DNA of 64,000 nt from a bacterium (lineage in GTDB: Bacteria; UBA8248). Below, one piece after another: positions 1 through 9,355 of this stretch. The notes under the pieces are model-generated. The model was not told the DNA's origin and searched no databases. It saw only the letters and a program-made list of their open reading frames with translations. A program made the translations under genes and the position numbers. The DNA lies in assembly GCA_963692865.2 (NCBI GenBank), contig OY843592.1, forward strand, positions 2,944,001 to 3,008,000. Direction: 5' to 3'. Positions within the stretch are counted from its first letter, which is position 1, and the number at the start of each line of letters is the position of its first letter.

Positions 1-960
1 AGCCGCCGCGGTCTGCCGCCCTTGCGGCGTGGCTTGATCGTTCGATGCCCCCTCCCGGACGACTTGGTTTGCGACCGGAGCGCTCGCTTGCGCCGAAGGG
101 TTCGACGAGGCCGGCGGATTCTCCGGAGGCGAGGGTTCCCCTTGGGCAACGGGAGTCTCCCGGAGCGGAGCGCGCGCCTGCGCGGCGGAGCCGTCTTGGG
201 CCCGGGCGGCGGGACTCCCCTGAGCCGGAGGGGTCGCCGCAGCCCCAGGAGTCTCCGGGGCGGGGGCGCCGGCTTGAACGGGCGGCTTCTTCTCCTGGCC
301 GGACTCTTCGGAAACCGGAGGCTCCCTCGAATTCACGGTCGAGACGGGAGGGCGGCCTTGCTCGGGAACCTTCTCCTCGACGCCGCCTACCCGGCCTTCT
401 CCACCTTCGTTTTTCGCTTTCCCGCTCATGCCGTTAAGCCGAGGGAGCTTATCCGCCACGGGCGCGACCGCCGTCTTGATCCTGCCGACAATCGAGCCGA
501 CCGGAACAAGCTGCTCCGTTCTTCCCTTCATGAACCAGAGAAGTCCGCCGCCGGCGAGAAGAAAAATCAATACGAAAACAAAGGTCGCGACGGATGAGAA
601 CCGATTCGTCCGAAGAGACGGGGAGAACGAGGAGGTGGTCTCGGGAGCGAATCCAAACTCTTCCGACGGGGCGTCGTCCGCAATTTCGCGTTTATAGCTC
701 TCGGCGACGGCCCGGCTGTCCACGCCGACCGCATCCGCAAAGGCGCGAATGAAACCCAAACCGACCGGCCCCGTCGGCAATCTATCGAAATCACCGCTTT
801 CGATATTTTCCAGATAGTATGTTCGGATTCGCGTGTGTTCGGAGATCGAACGCAGGGTTACGTCTTTTTTCTCTCTCGCGCGCCGCAAGAAAGCGCCCAG
901 ACCCTCTTTTTCTATCTGCGCCATCAGTGTCGGGTCGAGATCTGTCATCATGCGCCCCAT
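1..960 (-). CDS. rodZ: RodZ-like HTH membrane protein (3' end outside window)
   Basis: Missed by the ORF track because it runs off the edge. Manual translation: MGRMMTDLDP...GLGAFLRRAREKKDVTLRSISEHTRIRTYYLENIESGDFDRLP..GFIRAFADAVGVD (HTH_25-like), then a TM helix FVFVLIFLLAGGGLLWFM and a low-complexity linker. Confidence 0.7.
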   Translation of the reverse strand, partial: MGRMMTDLDPTLMAQIEKEGLGAFLRRAREKKDVTLRSISEHTRIRTYYLENIESGDFDRLPTGPVGLGFIRAFADAVGVDSRAVAESYKREIADDAPSEEFGFAPETTSSFSPSLRTNRFSSVATFVFVLIFLLAGGGLLWFMKGRTEQLVPVGSIVGRIKTAVAPVADKLPRLNGMSGKAKNEGGEGRVGGVEEKVPEQGRPPVSTVNSREPPVSEESGQEKKPPVQAGAPAPETPGAAATPPAQGSPAARAQDGSAAQARAPLRETPVAQGEPSPPENPPASSNPSAQASAPVANQVVREGASNDQATPQGRQTAAA

Positions 961-1095
961 TTCGCCAAAATTCAACAAAACGACCCGAAATATGGCAATC
1001 GAGTCTATTCACAATCGGTTCGAAAGTCAATGTTGGAAAATGGGGAAAGCCTTCCCGCACCCGCTCGAAGCCCGTCAACGACGAATCGAGCGGCG

Positions 1096-1965
1096 TTACG
1101 AAACAATGGAAAGAATCGCGGGCGTTACGTGGCAGATATTCGGATTCGCGGCGGCGGTGAACAGGGTGTCCCCGCCTCTGCCGTAGAGCAAAATGGGAAC
1201 GGAGTTCGTCGTGTGCGCGGACGTTTCCATGTCCTCCACGTTGCCGTGGTCGCTGCTCAGAATGAACGTATCCCCGGACGGGTCGATATGCCGGAGCGCG
1301 GCCCGCAGAAACCGGTTCAAATCCGCCAGAACCTCGAAGGCATCCTCCGCTGTTCCGCGATGTCCGACGTGATCGGTCTGGAAAAACTCATAGACCAGCA
1401 GGTCCTTCGCGCGCGCCAGCCTGCCGAGGCGGTCGCCCGCCTCCTCGGGGTCGAGCCTGGCCACGTCATGGCCCTGCTCGGCGATGATCGCGTTCGTGTA
1501 GTCGCGGTAAACGGCCCTGCCCGCGACGAGGTCTTCGAGGCGGTTCAGGCGAAGGCCCGCGCTTTCGGCCATCACCGTGGTCACCGAGCGGATGCGGTTC
1601 CTGCCGCGCATGAAAAAACGAGGCGTATACGTGTTGGCGAATCCGACGGCGGCGCCCTTCTCGCGGGCGCGCCTCAAGAGCCCGTTTCGAGAGATGATGC
1701 GGCGCAACTGCGTATTCGGCAGGGCCTGGACGTGCCTGCCCACCGCCTTGGGCGCGTTCACCCCCGTGAACAGGGCGGTTCCGCCCGTCGCGCTCTGGGG
1801 GACGCCCTCGACGCCGAGGCGGGCATCCGCCTCGATGAGGCGGAAACCGGGCGCCTCGTTTCCGCAAATAAGCCCCAGCGGAGGCTCCAGGACGCGGGAG
1901 AGCGGATTGCCCGGCCCCGGCGGAGCGACGCCCAGGCCGTCCACGAACACGAAAAGAACGGACAT
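1096..1965 (-). CDS. Alkaline-phosphatase-superfamily metalloenzyme (cofactor-independent phosphoglycerate mutase-like)
   Basis: FVDGLG, PQSATGGT, DHVGH, SDHGNVED and HTTN metal-binding motifs. Confidence 0.75.
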   Translation of the reverse strand: MSVLFVFVDGLGVAPPGPGNPLSRVLEPPLGLICGNEAPGFRLIEADARLGVEGVPQSATGGTALFTGVNAPKAVGRHVQALPNTQLRRIISRNGLLRRAREKGAAVGFANTYTPRFFMRGRNRIRSVTTVMAESAGLRLNRLEDLVAGRAVYRDYTNAIIAEQGHDVARLDPEEAGDRLGRLARAKDLLVYEFFQTDHVGHRGTAEDAFEVLADLNRFLRAALRHIDPSGDTFILSSDHGNVEDMETSAHTTNSVPILLYGRGGDTLFTAAANPNICHVTPAILSIVS

Positions 1966-1966
1966 G

Positions 1967-2986
1967 CTACAGCGTTCTTCCGACGGCCTCTGCGAATGCC
2001 TTGAGCTCCTCGACGAGGGCGGCGAACTTCTGCGGTTTGAGCGACTGGGGGCCGTCGCTCATCGCCTTTTCGGGTTCGGGGTGCATCTCGAGCATCAGGC
2101 CGTCCGCCCCGACCGCCACGGCCGCCTTCGCCAGCGGCGCGACCAACCGCCAGGCGCCCGCCGCGTGGCTCGGGTCCACCACGACCGGCAGATGCGTCTG
2201 CTCCTTGAGCACGGGCACGGCGCTGATGTCCAGCGTGTTGCGCGTGGCCGTCTCGAAGGTGCGTATCCCCCGCTCGCACAGCACGACGTTCGGGTTCCCC
2301 TGGCTCATGATGTATTCGGCCGACATCAGAAACTCTTCTATGGTCGTGGACATGCCGCGCTTCAGGAAGATGGTCTTGTTCGTCTTGCCGACTTTTTTGA
2401 GCAACGAGAAGTTCTGCACGTTGCGCGCGCCGATTTGCAGCACGTCCGCGTACTCGCAGCACACGCCGATGTCTTCGGAGTCCATGACTTCCGTCTGGAT
2501 GGGGAGCCCCGTCCTTTCGCGCGCCTCGGCGAGGAGCGCCAGGCCTTCTTCCGCCATCCCCTGGAAGCTGTACGGCGAAGTGCGCGGCTTGTACGCGCCG
2601 CCCCTCAGGACGTGGCCGCCGCCCGCCTTCACCGCATCTGCGGATTCCATGATCTGCTCCTTGCTCTCCACGGAGCACGGCCCGCCGATGACGATGATTT
2701 GCTCGCCGCCGATTTCCACTCCCTCGCCCATCGGCAACTGGCTGCGCTCGGGCCTTCCCTCCGCGCTCGCCAGCTTGAAGGGCTTGAGGATAGGCATCGC
2801 GCTTTCCACGCCGTTCAGGGAAACGAGCGACTCCAGCATGTATTTCCCCCGTTCGTCCCCGATGGCGCCGATCACGGTGCGCTCCACGCCTTTGATGACG
2901 TGCTCCTTGTAGCCGAGTTCGTTGATCCTGGCGATGGCGTTCCCAATCTCGTCATCCGTCGCGCCCTGTTTCATCACGATAATCAA
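1967..2986 (-). CDS. aroF: 3-deoxy-7-phosphoheptulonate (DAHP) synthase, type I-beta, with N-terminal ACT-like domain
   Basis: [38 protein letters not shown] and DPSHAAG motifs; TTG start. Confidence 0.95.
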   Translation of the reverse strand: MIIVMKQGATDDEIGNAIARINELGYKEHVIKGVERTVIGAIGDERGKYMLESLVSLNGVESAMPILKPFKLASAEGRPERSQLPMGEGVEIGGEQIIVIGGPCSVESKEQIMESADAVKAGGGHVLRGGAYKPRTSPYSFQGMAEEGLALLAEARERTGLPIQTEVMDSEDIGVCCEYADVLQIGARNVQNFSLLKKVGKTNKTIFLKRGMSTTIEEFLMSAEYIMSQGNPNVVLCERGIRTFETATRNTLDISAVPVLKEQTHLPVVVDPSHAAGAWRLVAPLAKAAVAVGADGLMLEMHPEPEKAMSDGPQSLKPQKFAALVEELKAFAEAVGRTL

Positions 2987-3030
2987 AACGAATCTCCTTT
3001 TTCCTTCCCTGAATTTTCAGCGTAATCCTC

Positions 3031-3062
3031 AAAAAAAACCGCCGTGAGGCTCTCCCACGGCG
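3031..3062 (-). terminator. Intrinsic terminator of the aroF attenuator
   Basis: Minus strand CGCCGTGGG-AGAG-CCTCACGGCG followed by GTTTTTTTT, lying between the leader ORF and the aroF start. Confidence 0.8.
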
Positions 3063-3117
3063 AGTGTTTCCCTATCGTCCGTGGCGACCGGGCCGTCCGC
3101 CCGCCCGCCGTTCGTTT

Positions 3118-3195
3118 TCACATGACGGCGCGCGGACGGACGGTGATAAAGCCGAAAAAGCAATATCCCTCGCCACATTTCTGGAACGTCCGCAT
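3118..3195 (-). CDS. Aromatic-rich leader peptide (MRTFQKCGEGYCFFGFITVRPRAVM)
   Basis: 25-aa ORF with a YCFFGF cluster just upstream of the terminator and aroF. Confidence 0.7.
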   Translation of the reverse strand: MRTFQKCGEGYCFFGFITVRPRAVM

Positions 3196-3302
3196 CTTGC
3201 TCGCCTTTGAAATTGCGAAAGTTTTAACGCCCTGAAAAACAAGGCCGTAAAATAGTCCTGGAAAAACGGGTAGTCAACCCCCGTCGGCGAAAACTTTTCG
3301 GA

Positions 3303-4469
3303 TTATCTCGGCTTCCGCGCCACCTCGGCGAGCCTGCGCCGTCCCGCCCCCGAGGGTCTCAGCAGCCTGCCTCCCAGAACCACGTGCGTCGCCTCGAGCA
3401 TTTGGTCCCCCTTGCGCCGCGCCCCCATGGAATCCTCGAAAACGAACCGGCCCTCGCGCATCCGGAACACGGCGGCGTCGCCCCGCGCGCCTTTTTTGAG
3501 CGTCCCCACCTCGCCCCCCAGGCCAATCCACTCCGCCGCCGTCTGCGTGCTGAGGCGCACTACTTCAGCAAGAGGGAAGCCCAGGGCCAGGAACTTGCTC
3601 ATGAGGCTGGGGAAATCATAAACCGGCCCGTGGATGCAGTGCGTGTGGAGGTCGGTGCTCAGGTTCCCCGGCATCAGCCCTTGCGCCATGGCGCGCTCCA
3701 TGATCTCGAAGCTGAAGCTCGAACGCCCGTGGGCCACGTCGAGCAGCACGCCCGAATCCCGCGCCTCCCACACCGCGCGGCGCACCCGGCCCCGCGTGTC
3801 GAGTATGTTCTCCCGCCTGCAGTGAAAGGCGTGCGTGAGCACGTCGCCCGGGCGAAGGCGCTTCAGGATGCTCGGTAAGGAAGAAGGCGTATCGCCTACG
3901 TGCGCCATGAGAGGGACTTTCAGGAACTCCGCCGCCTCGAGCGCCGCGTCCAGGGGCTTGGAGCCGCTGCGCTCCACCACGTTCTTGCTCAGGCGCACCT
4001 TCATGCCGATCAGGTATTTCCGGTGCGCCTCGTAGCACGCCACCGCCCTGTCCACGCGCAGCGCGCGCATGTCGATGTTCTCGCCGAGGCCGTCTATCAG
4101 GAGTCCGCCTTCGGAGATGTTGAGATACGCGCGCACCGTCGGGCGCGCCTTCTCCAGGAACCACTCCTGAAAACCGGGATACGTCTGCGCCCCCGCGCTG
4201 CCGGTATCCACCGCCGTCGTCACGCCGCGCGAGAGCATGGCGGCGTCCAGGTTCACGCCGTAGTGCGTTACGCCCTCGTAAAAATGGCAGTGGAGGTCGA
4301 CCAGGCCGGGCGTTACGATCTTCCCCCGCGCGTTGAGCGTCTGCCTGCCCTTCGGTTCGATATGGGGCGCCACCCTTCGTACGCGGCCGCGCGCTATCTC
4401 GACGTCCATCGTTCCCTCCAGATTCTGGGACGGGTCGATCACGTATCCGCCGCGTATGACGAGGTCCAT
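3303..4469 (-). CDS. Amidohydrolase/deacetylase family metallohydrolase (dihydroorotase-like)
   Basis: PGLVDLHCH, VDTGSAG, GMKVRL, LTHAFH, DVAHGRSSFSF and STDLH motifs. Confidence 0.85.
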   Translation of the reverse strand: MDLVIRGGYVIDPSQNLEGTMDVEIARGRVRRVAPHIEPKGRQTLNARGKIVTPGLVDLHCHFYEGVTHYGVNLDAAMLSRGVTTAVDTGSAGAQTYPGFQEWFLEKARPTVRAYLNISEGGLLIDGLGENIDMRALRVDRAVACYEAHRKYLIGMKVRLSKNVVERSGSKPLDAALEAAEFLKVPLMAHVGDTPSSLPSILKRLRPGDVLTHAFHCRRENILDTRGRVRRAVWEARDSGVLLDVAHGRSSFSFEIMERAMAQGLMPGNLSTDLHTHCIHGPVYDFPSLMSKFLALGFPLAEVVRLSTQTAAEWIGLGGEVGTLKKGARGDAAVFRMREGRFVFEDSMGARRKGDQMLEATHVVLGGRLLRPSGAGRRRLAEVARKPR

Positions 4470-4649
4470 GCGGAAAACTCCTCAGAGAAACGGAGCGCAT
4501 GCCGAGAGGTTCGGCGCACGCCGGAGCAAAAAAGTTAACTCGGGGCATTATTCCCCCCGAAAGCGTTGACATGCAATCACTGCGGAGTGGATTATGAAAC
4601 CCTGGAATTTGGCGCTTTCTCAAAATAATCAAACCACCGGAGCCAAGAA

Positions 4650-5822
4650 ATGAGCCTGCAAACGGAAACCACGCTGCAATTCGACCTCGACGAAACCCAG
4701 AAGATGCTCCGCCGGACGGTGCGCGAACTCTCGGAGCGCTACATCGCCCCGCGCGCCGCCGAGATCGACGAGAACGAGGAATACCCCGAGGACATCTTCC
4801 AGCTCCAGAAAGAATACGGCCTGCTCGGCATCTTCTTCCCCGAGGAATACGGGGGCGGCGGCATGGGTTTTCTGGGCGGCTGCGTCGCCATCGAGGAAAT
4901 AGCCCGCGTCTGCTCGAACTCCCCGCTGTTCATCGTGCTCAACATGCTATCGAGCCGCGTCATCGACCTGAGCGGCACGCAGGAGCAGAAAGACCACTAC
5001 ATGACGGGCCTCGCGAAAGGAGACCTCAGAGGCTCCTACGCCCTCACCGAACCCCACGCGGGTTCAGACGCCGGCAACATCCGCACCCGCGCCGTCAAGG
5101 AGGGCGACGAGTGGGTGCTCAACGGCACCAAGTGCTTCTGCACGGGGCCGGACAAGGCGGATTTCATCACCGTCGCCGCCAAGACCGACCCGCACGCGGG
5201 AACGCGCGGCATCACCTACTACATCGTGCCCACCGACGCGCCGGGCTTCAGCATCGCCAAGCACGAGCGCAAGATGGGGATGCGCGGCATCGCGACCTGC
5301 ATGCTCAACCTCGACAACGTGGCCGTCCCGCTCGAGAACCAGGTGGGCGAGCTCAACGCGGGCTTCAAGACCGCGATGATCGGCTTCAACCAGATGCGGC
5401 CCGCCATCGGCTCGCGCGCGGTGGGCCTGGCCCAGGGATGCCTCGACTACGCGGCAAACTACGCCAAGGAGCGCGAGGCGTTCGGGAAGCCCATCGCCCA
5501 GCACCAGGCCGTGCAGTTCATGCTCGCCGACATGTTCATGGACATCGAGGCGGCGCGGCTGCTCGTCTACCGCGCGGCCGCCATGGTGGACGCAGGGAAA
5601 ATCGGCAAGGAGAACGCCAGGTATTTCTCCACGGCCAAGACCTACGCGGCCGACATGGCGATGAAGTGCGCGATAGACAGCATCCAGGTGCTCGGCGGCG
5701 CGGGCTACATGAAGGACCACCCGCTCGAGCGCTTCATGCGCGACGCCAAGCAAATCCAGATCGTCGAGGGAACGAGCCAGATACAGCGGATGATCATCGC
5801 CCGGAACCTGCTCGACCTATAG
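4650..5822 (+). CDS. Acyl-CoA dehydrogenase
   Basis: ALTEPHAGSD, KMGMRG, REAFGKPI, GGAGY and RDAK..QIVEGT motifs. Confidence 0.95.
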   Translation: MSLQTETTLQFDLDETQKMLRRTVRELSERYIAPRAAEIDENEEYPEDIFQLQKEYGLLGIFFPEEYGGGGMGFLGGCVAIEEIARVCSNSPLFIVLNMLSSRVIDLSGTQEQKDHYMTGLAKGDLRGSYALTEPHAGSDAGNIRTRAVKEGDEWVLNGTKCFCTGPDKADFITVAAKTDPHAGTRGITYYIVPTDAPGFSIAKHERKMGMRGIATCMLNLDNVAVPLENQVGELNAGFKTAMIGFNQMRPAIGSRAVGLAQGCLDYAANYAKEREAFGKPIAQHQAVQFMLADMFMDIEAARLLVYRAAAMVDAGKIGKENARYFSTAKTYAADMAMKCAIDSIQVLGGAGYMKDHPLERFMRDAKQIQIVEGTSQIQRMIIARNLLDL

Positions 5823-5834
5823 GAGCGAGCCGAG

Positions 5835-7001
5835 GTGACGGGAAGTCCGGATTCCGGGGGCGCGTTCGAACTCAAACCGGCCCAGCGGATGCTGGCCGAG
5901 ACGGTGTATGAACTGAGCCGCCGCCACGTCGCGCCGCGCGCCGCCGAGATCGACGAGAACGACGAATACCCCGAAGATATTTTCGAACTCCTGAAATCCC
6001 ACGACCTGCTAGGCCTCTACGTTTCCGAAGCCTACGGCGGGGCGGGCCTCGGCATTCTGGAAACGTGCGTCGCCATCGAGCAGATGGCGCGTTTTTGCTC
6101 GAACTCCCCTCTTTTCTTCTCCGTCCACCTGCTCGCCACGCGGCCCGTCGCCATCGGCGGAAGCGAGGAGCAGAAGCGGACCTACCTCACCGGCGTCGCT
6201 CGGGGCGAGTTGCGGCCCGCCTTCTCGCTCACCGAACCGCACGCGGGTTCCGACGCCGCGAGCATATCGACGAGGGCGGTCCGGGACGGGGATTCGTGGG
6301 TCATCAACGGCCAGAAGTGCTATTGCACGGGGTCGAGCGTGGCGGACTTCATCACCGTGGCGGCGAAGACCGAACCCGGGATGGGAGCGAGGGGGATATC
6401 GTTTTTCATCGTCCCCAGGGGCGAGTTCCGCGTGGGGCGGCACGAGCGCAAGATGGGGATGCGGGGCATCCCGACGTGCGAGGTTTTTCTCGAAAACGCG
6501 CGCGTTCCCCTTGAAAACATGATCGGCGAACAAGGCCTGGGCTTCAAGACCGCCATGCTCGGCTTCAACCAGGCGCGGCCCGCCATCGGCGCGCGGGGCG
6601 TGGGTCTGGCGCAGGGGTGTCTCGATTGCGCCGGAAACTACGCAAAAGAGCGCGAAGCCTTCGGAAAACCCATCGCGCAGCATCAGGCGGTGCAGTTCAT
6701 GCTCGCCGACATGTTCATGGAAACGGAAGCGGCCCGTATGCTCGTTTACCGCGCCGCCTCGATGGTGGATAATGGCCGCTACCAAAAAGAAGACGTGCAT
6801 TTCATCTGCGCCGCGAAATGCTACGCCACCGACGCCGCCATGAAGACCGCCGTAGACGGCGTTCAGGTGCTCGGCGGCGCGGGCTATATGAAAGACCATC
6901 CGCTCGAGCGTTTCATGAGAGACGCCAAGCAACTGCAGATTATCGAGGGTACCAACCAGATACAGCGCATGGTCATCGCCCAGAATTTATTGAGTCTATA
7001 G
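5835..7001 (+). CDS. Acyl-CoA dehydrogenase (tandem paralogue)
   Basis: Same ACAD motifs; long stretches identical to the upstream copy. Confidence 0.95.
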   Translation: MTGSPDSGGAFELKPAQRMLAETVYELSRRHVAPRAAEIDENDEYPEDIFELLKSHDLLGLYVSEAYGGAGLGILETCVAIEQMARFCSNSPLFFSVHLLATRPVAIGGSEEQKRTYLTGVARGELRPAFSLTEPHAGSDAASISTRAVRDGDSWVINGQKCYCTGSSVADFITVAAKTEPGMGARGISFFIVPRGEFRVGRHERKMGMRGIPTCEVFLENARVPLENMIGEQGLGFKTAMLGFNQARPAIGARGVGLAQGCLDCAGNYAKEREAFGKPIAQHQAVQFMLADMFMETEAARMLVYRAASMVDNGRYQKEDVHFICAAKCYATDAAMKTAVDGVQVLGGAGYMKDHPLERFMRDAKQLQIIEGTNQIQRMVIAQNLLSL

Positions 7002-7029
7002 TTCCAGTTCTTCACCACGGAGATTCGAG

Positions 7030-7638
7030 ATGAGCCAGATGATTGAAATCCTGCAGCCCACCTCCTTCATCCGCGCGGGCGACCACCCCCTCGCGGAGCG
7101 GCCCGAGGACATCGGGGGCCTCAGGGTCGGCTTCTTCCACAACAACAAGCCCAACGCCGACGTCCTGCTCGAACAGGTCGAGGAGCTTTTCGCGCGCGAA
7201 GACGAGACGCTGCGCGTCGTCCGCTGGGGAAAGCCGAACCCCACCCTCCCCGAAGACCGGATTGAGGAATTCATCGAACAGGTGGACGTGGCCGTCTGCG
7301 CGGTGGGCGACTGAGGGAGCTGCACGTCATGGAGTATCCATGACTCGGTGGTGATGGAGAAGGCGGGCGTCCCCACGGCCACGTTCTGCTCCAGCGAATT
7401 CTCGGCCCTGGGCGCGAACGAGAGAACCGCCCTGGGCATGCCCGGCCTCCCGATAGTCGTCGTGGCGCATCCGGTGGGCGGCATCGCGCCCGAACAAGCG
7501 CGCGCCCTGGGCGACGGCGCCGTGGAGGAGATTCGGCGAATCCTCACGAGCGACGCCGAATCGCTCAGGCGGGAATACCGCGAGCGCGAATACGTCCCGC
7601 CCCGCAAGACGGTGCGCCACAAGGCGCTCTTCGCTTAG
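7030..7638 (+). CDS. UGSC-motif selenoprotein (thioredoxin-like), Sec at UGA 7312-7314
   Basis: ORFs 7030..7314 and 7348..7638 share a frame; read-through gives AVGD-U-GSCTSWSIHDSVVMEKAGVP; a hairpin follows the UGA. Confidence 0.85.
7326..7344 (+). promoter_or_regulatory. Putative bacterial SECIS element
   Basis: GTCATGGA-GTA-TCCATGAC perfect stem starting 11 nt after the UGA, with GU in the loop. Confidence 0.7.
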
Positions 7639-7650
7639 GCGGGCCAGACA

Positions 7651-8727
7651 GTGAACGATCACTCTCAGGAGAATATCGTGTTCGAGAGCGAGCGCGTGAA
7701 GGTGCGCGACACGCCCGAGGCGATGGCGCGTCTGCTCGAAGCAAGAGGCTGGGGCGACGGCCTGCCCGTCGTCCCCCCCACGCCCGAGCGCGTCGCCCGG
7801 ATGGTGGAGGGCGCGGGTCTCGCGCCCGATGCGGAGATCGGCCTCATGCCCCCTCGGCAGGGAGTCGTCACGGTCGAAGTCCTCGCCGTGAACGCCGTGA
7901 TGGCAGGCTGTCTTCCGGCATATATGCCCGTTCTCGCGGCAGCGGCCCGCGCGGTGCTCGAACCCGAGTTCTCGCTACACGCGATTCAGGCGACGACCCA
8001 CCCGGTGGCGCCCCTCATCATCGTGAACGGCCCCATCGTCGAAGATATCGGCTTGAACGCCGAGTATGGATGCTTCGCCCCCGGCAACCGCGCGAACGCG
8101 ACGATTGGCCGAGCGATGCGCCTGACGCTTCTGAACGTGGGCGGCGCGAGCCCCGGCGTTCTGGACCGCGCCACGCAAGGCTCACCCGCCAAATACGCGT
8201 ACTGCATCGCAGAGAACGAGGCGGCCTCGCCCTGGGAGCCGCTCCACGTCGAGCGCGGTTTCTCTCCCGGTGATAGCGCGGTGACGCTCGTGGGCTGCGA
8301 GGGTCCCCACAACATCAACGATCACGTGAGCCATACGGCGGAGGGAATACTCGCCACCGCCGCCGACACCATGGCCGTCATGGGGTGTAACAATTTCTAT
8401 CTGCGCGGCGAGCCCGTTCTCGCCCTCGGCCCCGAGCACGCGGCCACCATCGCGGGTGACGGCCTCACAAAGGCGGACGTGAAGCAGAGAATTTTCGAAC
8501 TCGCCCGAAAGCCCGTGCGGCAGTTAAAGCGCGGCGCCATGTGGGGGATGCAGACCTGGGGCGAGGAGATAGCCGAGCACGAAGACGACGATGATTTCGA
8601 GATTCCCCTTCTCGACGGGCCCGAGGACCTGCTCCTTATCGTCGCGGGCGGCGCGGGCAAGCACTCGTGCTGCATGCCCACCTTCGGTCCCACGCGCTCG
8701 GTGACCCGGAAGATCGACACCACCTGA
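7651..8727 (+). CDS. Conserved hypothetical protein, probable partner of the UGSC protein
   Basis: GWGDGLPVVPPTPERV, NAVMAGC, GNRANATIGRA and AENE..SPW motifs; 12 bp downstream of the UGSC gene. Confidence 0.7.
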   Translation: MNDHSQENIVFESERVKVRDTPEAMARLLEARGWGDGLPVVPPTPERVARMVEGAGLAPDAEIGLMPPRQGVVTVEVLAVNAVMAGCLPAYMPVLAAAARAVLEPEFSLHAIQATTHPVAPLIIVNGPIVEDIGLNAEYGCFAPGNRANATIGRAMRLTLLNVGGASPGVLDRATQGSPAKYAYCIAENEAASPWEPLHVERGFSPGDSAVTLVGCEGPHNINDHVSHTAEGILATAADTMAVMGCNNFYLRGEPVLALGPEHAATIAGDGLTKADVKQRIFELARKPVRQLKRGAMWGMQTWGEEIAEHEDDDDFEIPLLDGPEDLLLIVAGGAGKHSCCMPTFGPTRSVTRKIDTT

Positions 8728-8845
8728 TAAGGGATTGTTGAAAGACCCTGCCTGCAGAACCCTGAAGAAGATAGAAATTGCCGGTTCGCTCACTGCCTTG
8801 AATCGGGCGCTTTTCCCTCACCCCGAGCAGTAGCCTCCCGACTCG

Positions 8846-9217
8846 CCTCATCCTGAGTAGCGGCGAAGCCGCGTATCGAAGGTCAATCGCAACCAATGCG
8901 GGAGCGATTGCCTCTCGCCCGGCGCGAAGCGCTCGACTCCCCTCGTCCTTCGATACAAACGCTCCTTCATCGGGGCCGTTGAAAAAGCCTGTTCCGGGGT
9001 CGGGCGGACACACAGGTCCGCCCCTGCGTTTCGTTTCGCAGAGGTTGGCAGGTCAGACATATATGTCTGGTATATCATGCGACCCGTATTGTGAAGGCGA
9101 AAAGGCAGGGCCGCATGATATGCGGCCCCTACGGCGGGATACCGACCGGCCCGCAAGGGGTTTTTCAACAACCCCTTCTCAGTCGCGTTTGACCTTCGGC
9201 GGCTACTCAGGGTGAGG
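8846..9217. repeat. REP-A inverted doublet whose right arm is interrupted by a MITE-like element
   Basis: CCTCATCCTGAGTAGCGGCGAAGCCGCGTATCGAAGG at 8846-8882; inverted long variant split into 8947-8971 and 9176-9217. Confidence 0.8.
8972..9175. mobile_element. MITE-like element carrying two GTAG-type REP hairpins
   Basis: TIRs GGGGCCGTTGAAAAA / TTTTTCAACAACCCC; degenerate TSD TCATC/TTCTC; hairpins at 9002-9027 and 9108-9132 end in CTGC/CTAC. Confidence 0.7.
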
Positions 9218-9355
9218 AGGGGTGGTTGCGCGCCAAGGCGGCAAACGCGTCGTCAATGCCAAGCGATGAAAGAGAAAATACCGCCGTCATTCCGGCATCA
9301 ATTCCGACCCATGAGGAAGGGATGGTTATTTTGAAAACCGCTCTTTTTCGGAAGT

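Noticed and set aside
835-3025. Long plus-strand ORFs (389 aa, 482 aa) and similar antisense ORFs throughout the window
   Set aside because: They are shadow ORFs opposite well-supported genes, as expected in high-GC DNA
8725-8730. Further Sec read-through at other TGA stops (UGSC partner, comF, radical SAM)
   Set aside because: The partner's TGA is followed directly by TAA; the others end complete domains and are not at a redox Cys position
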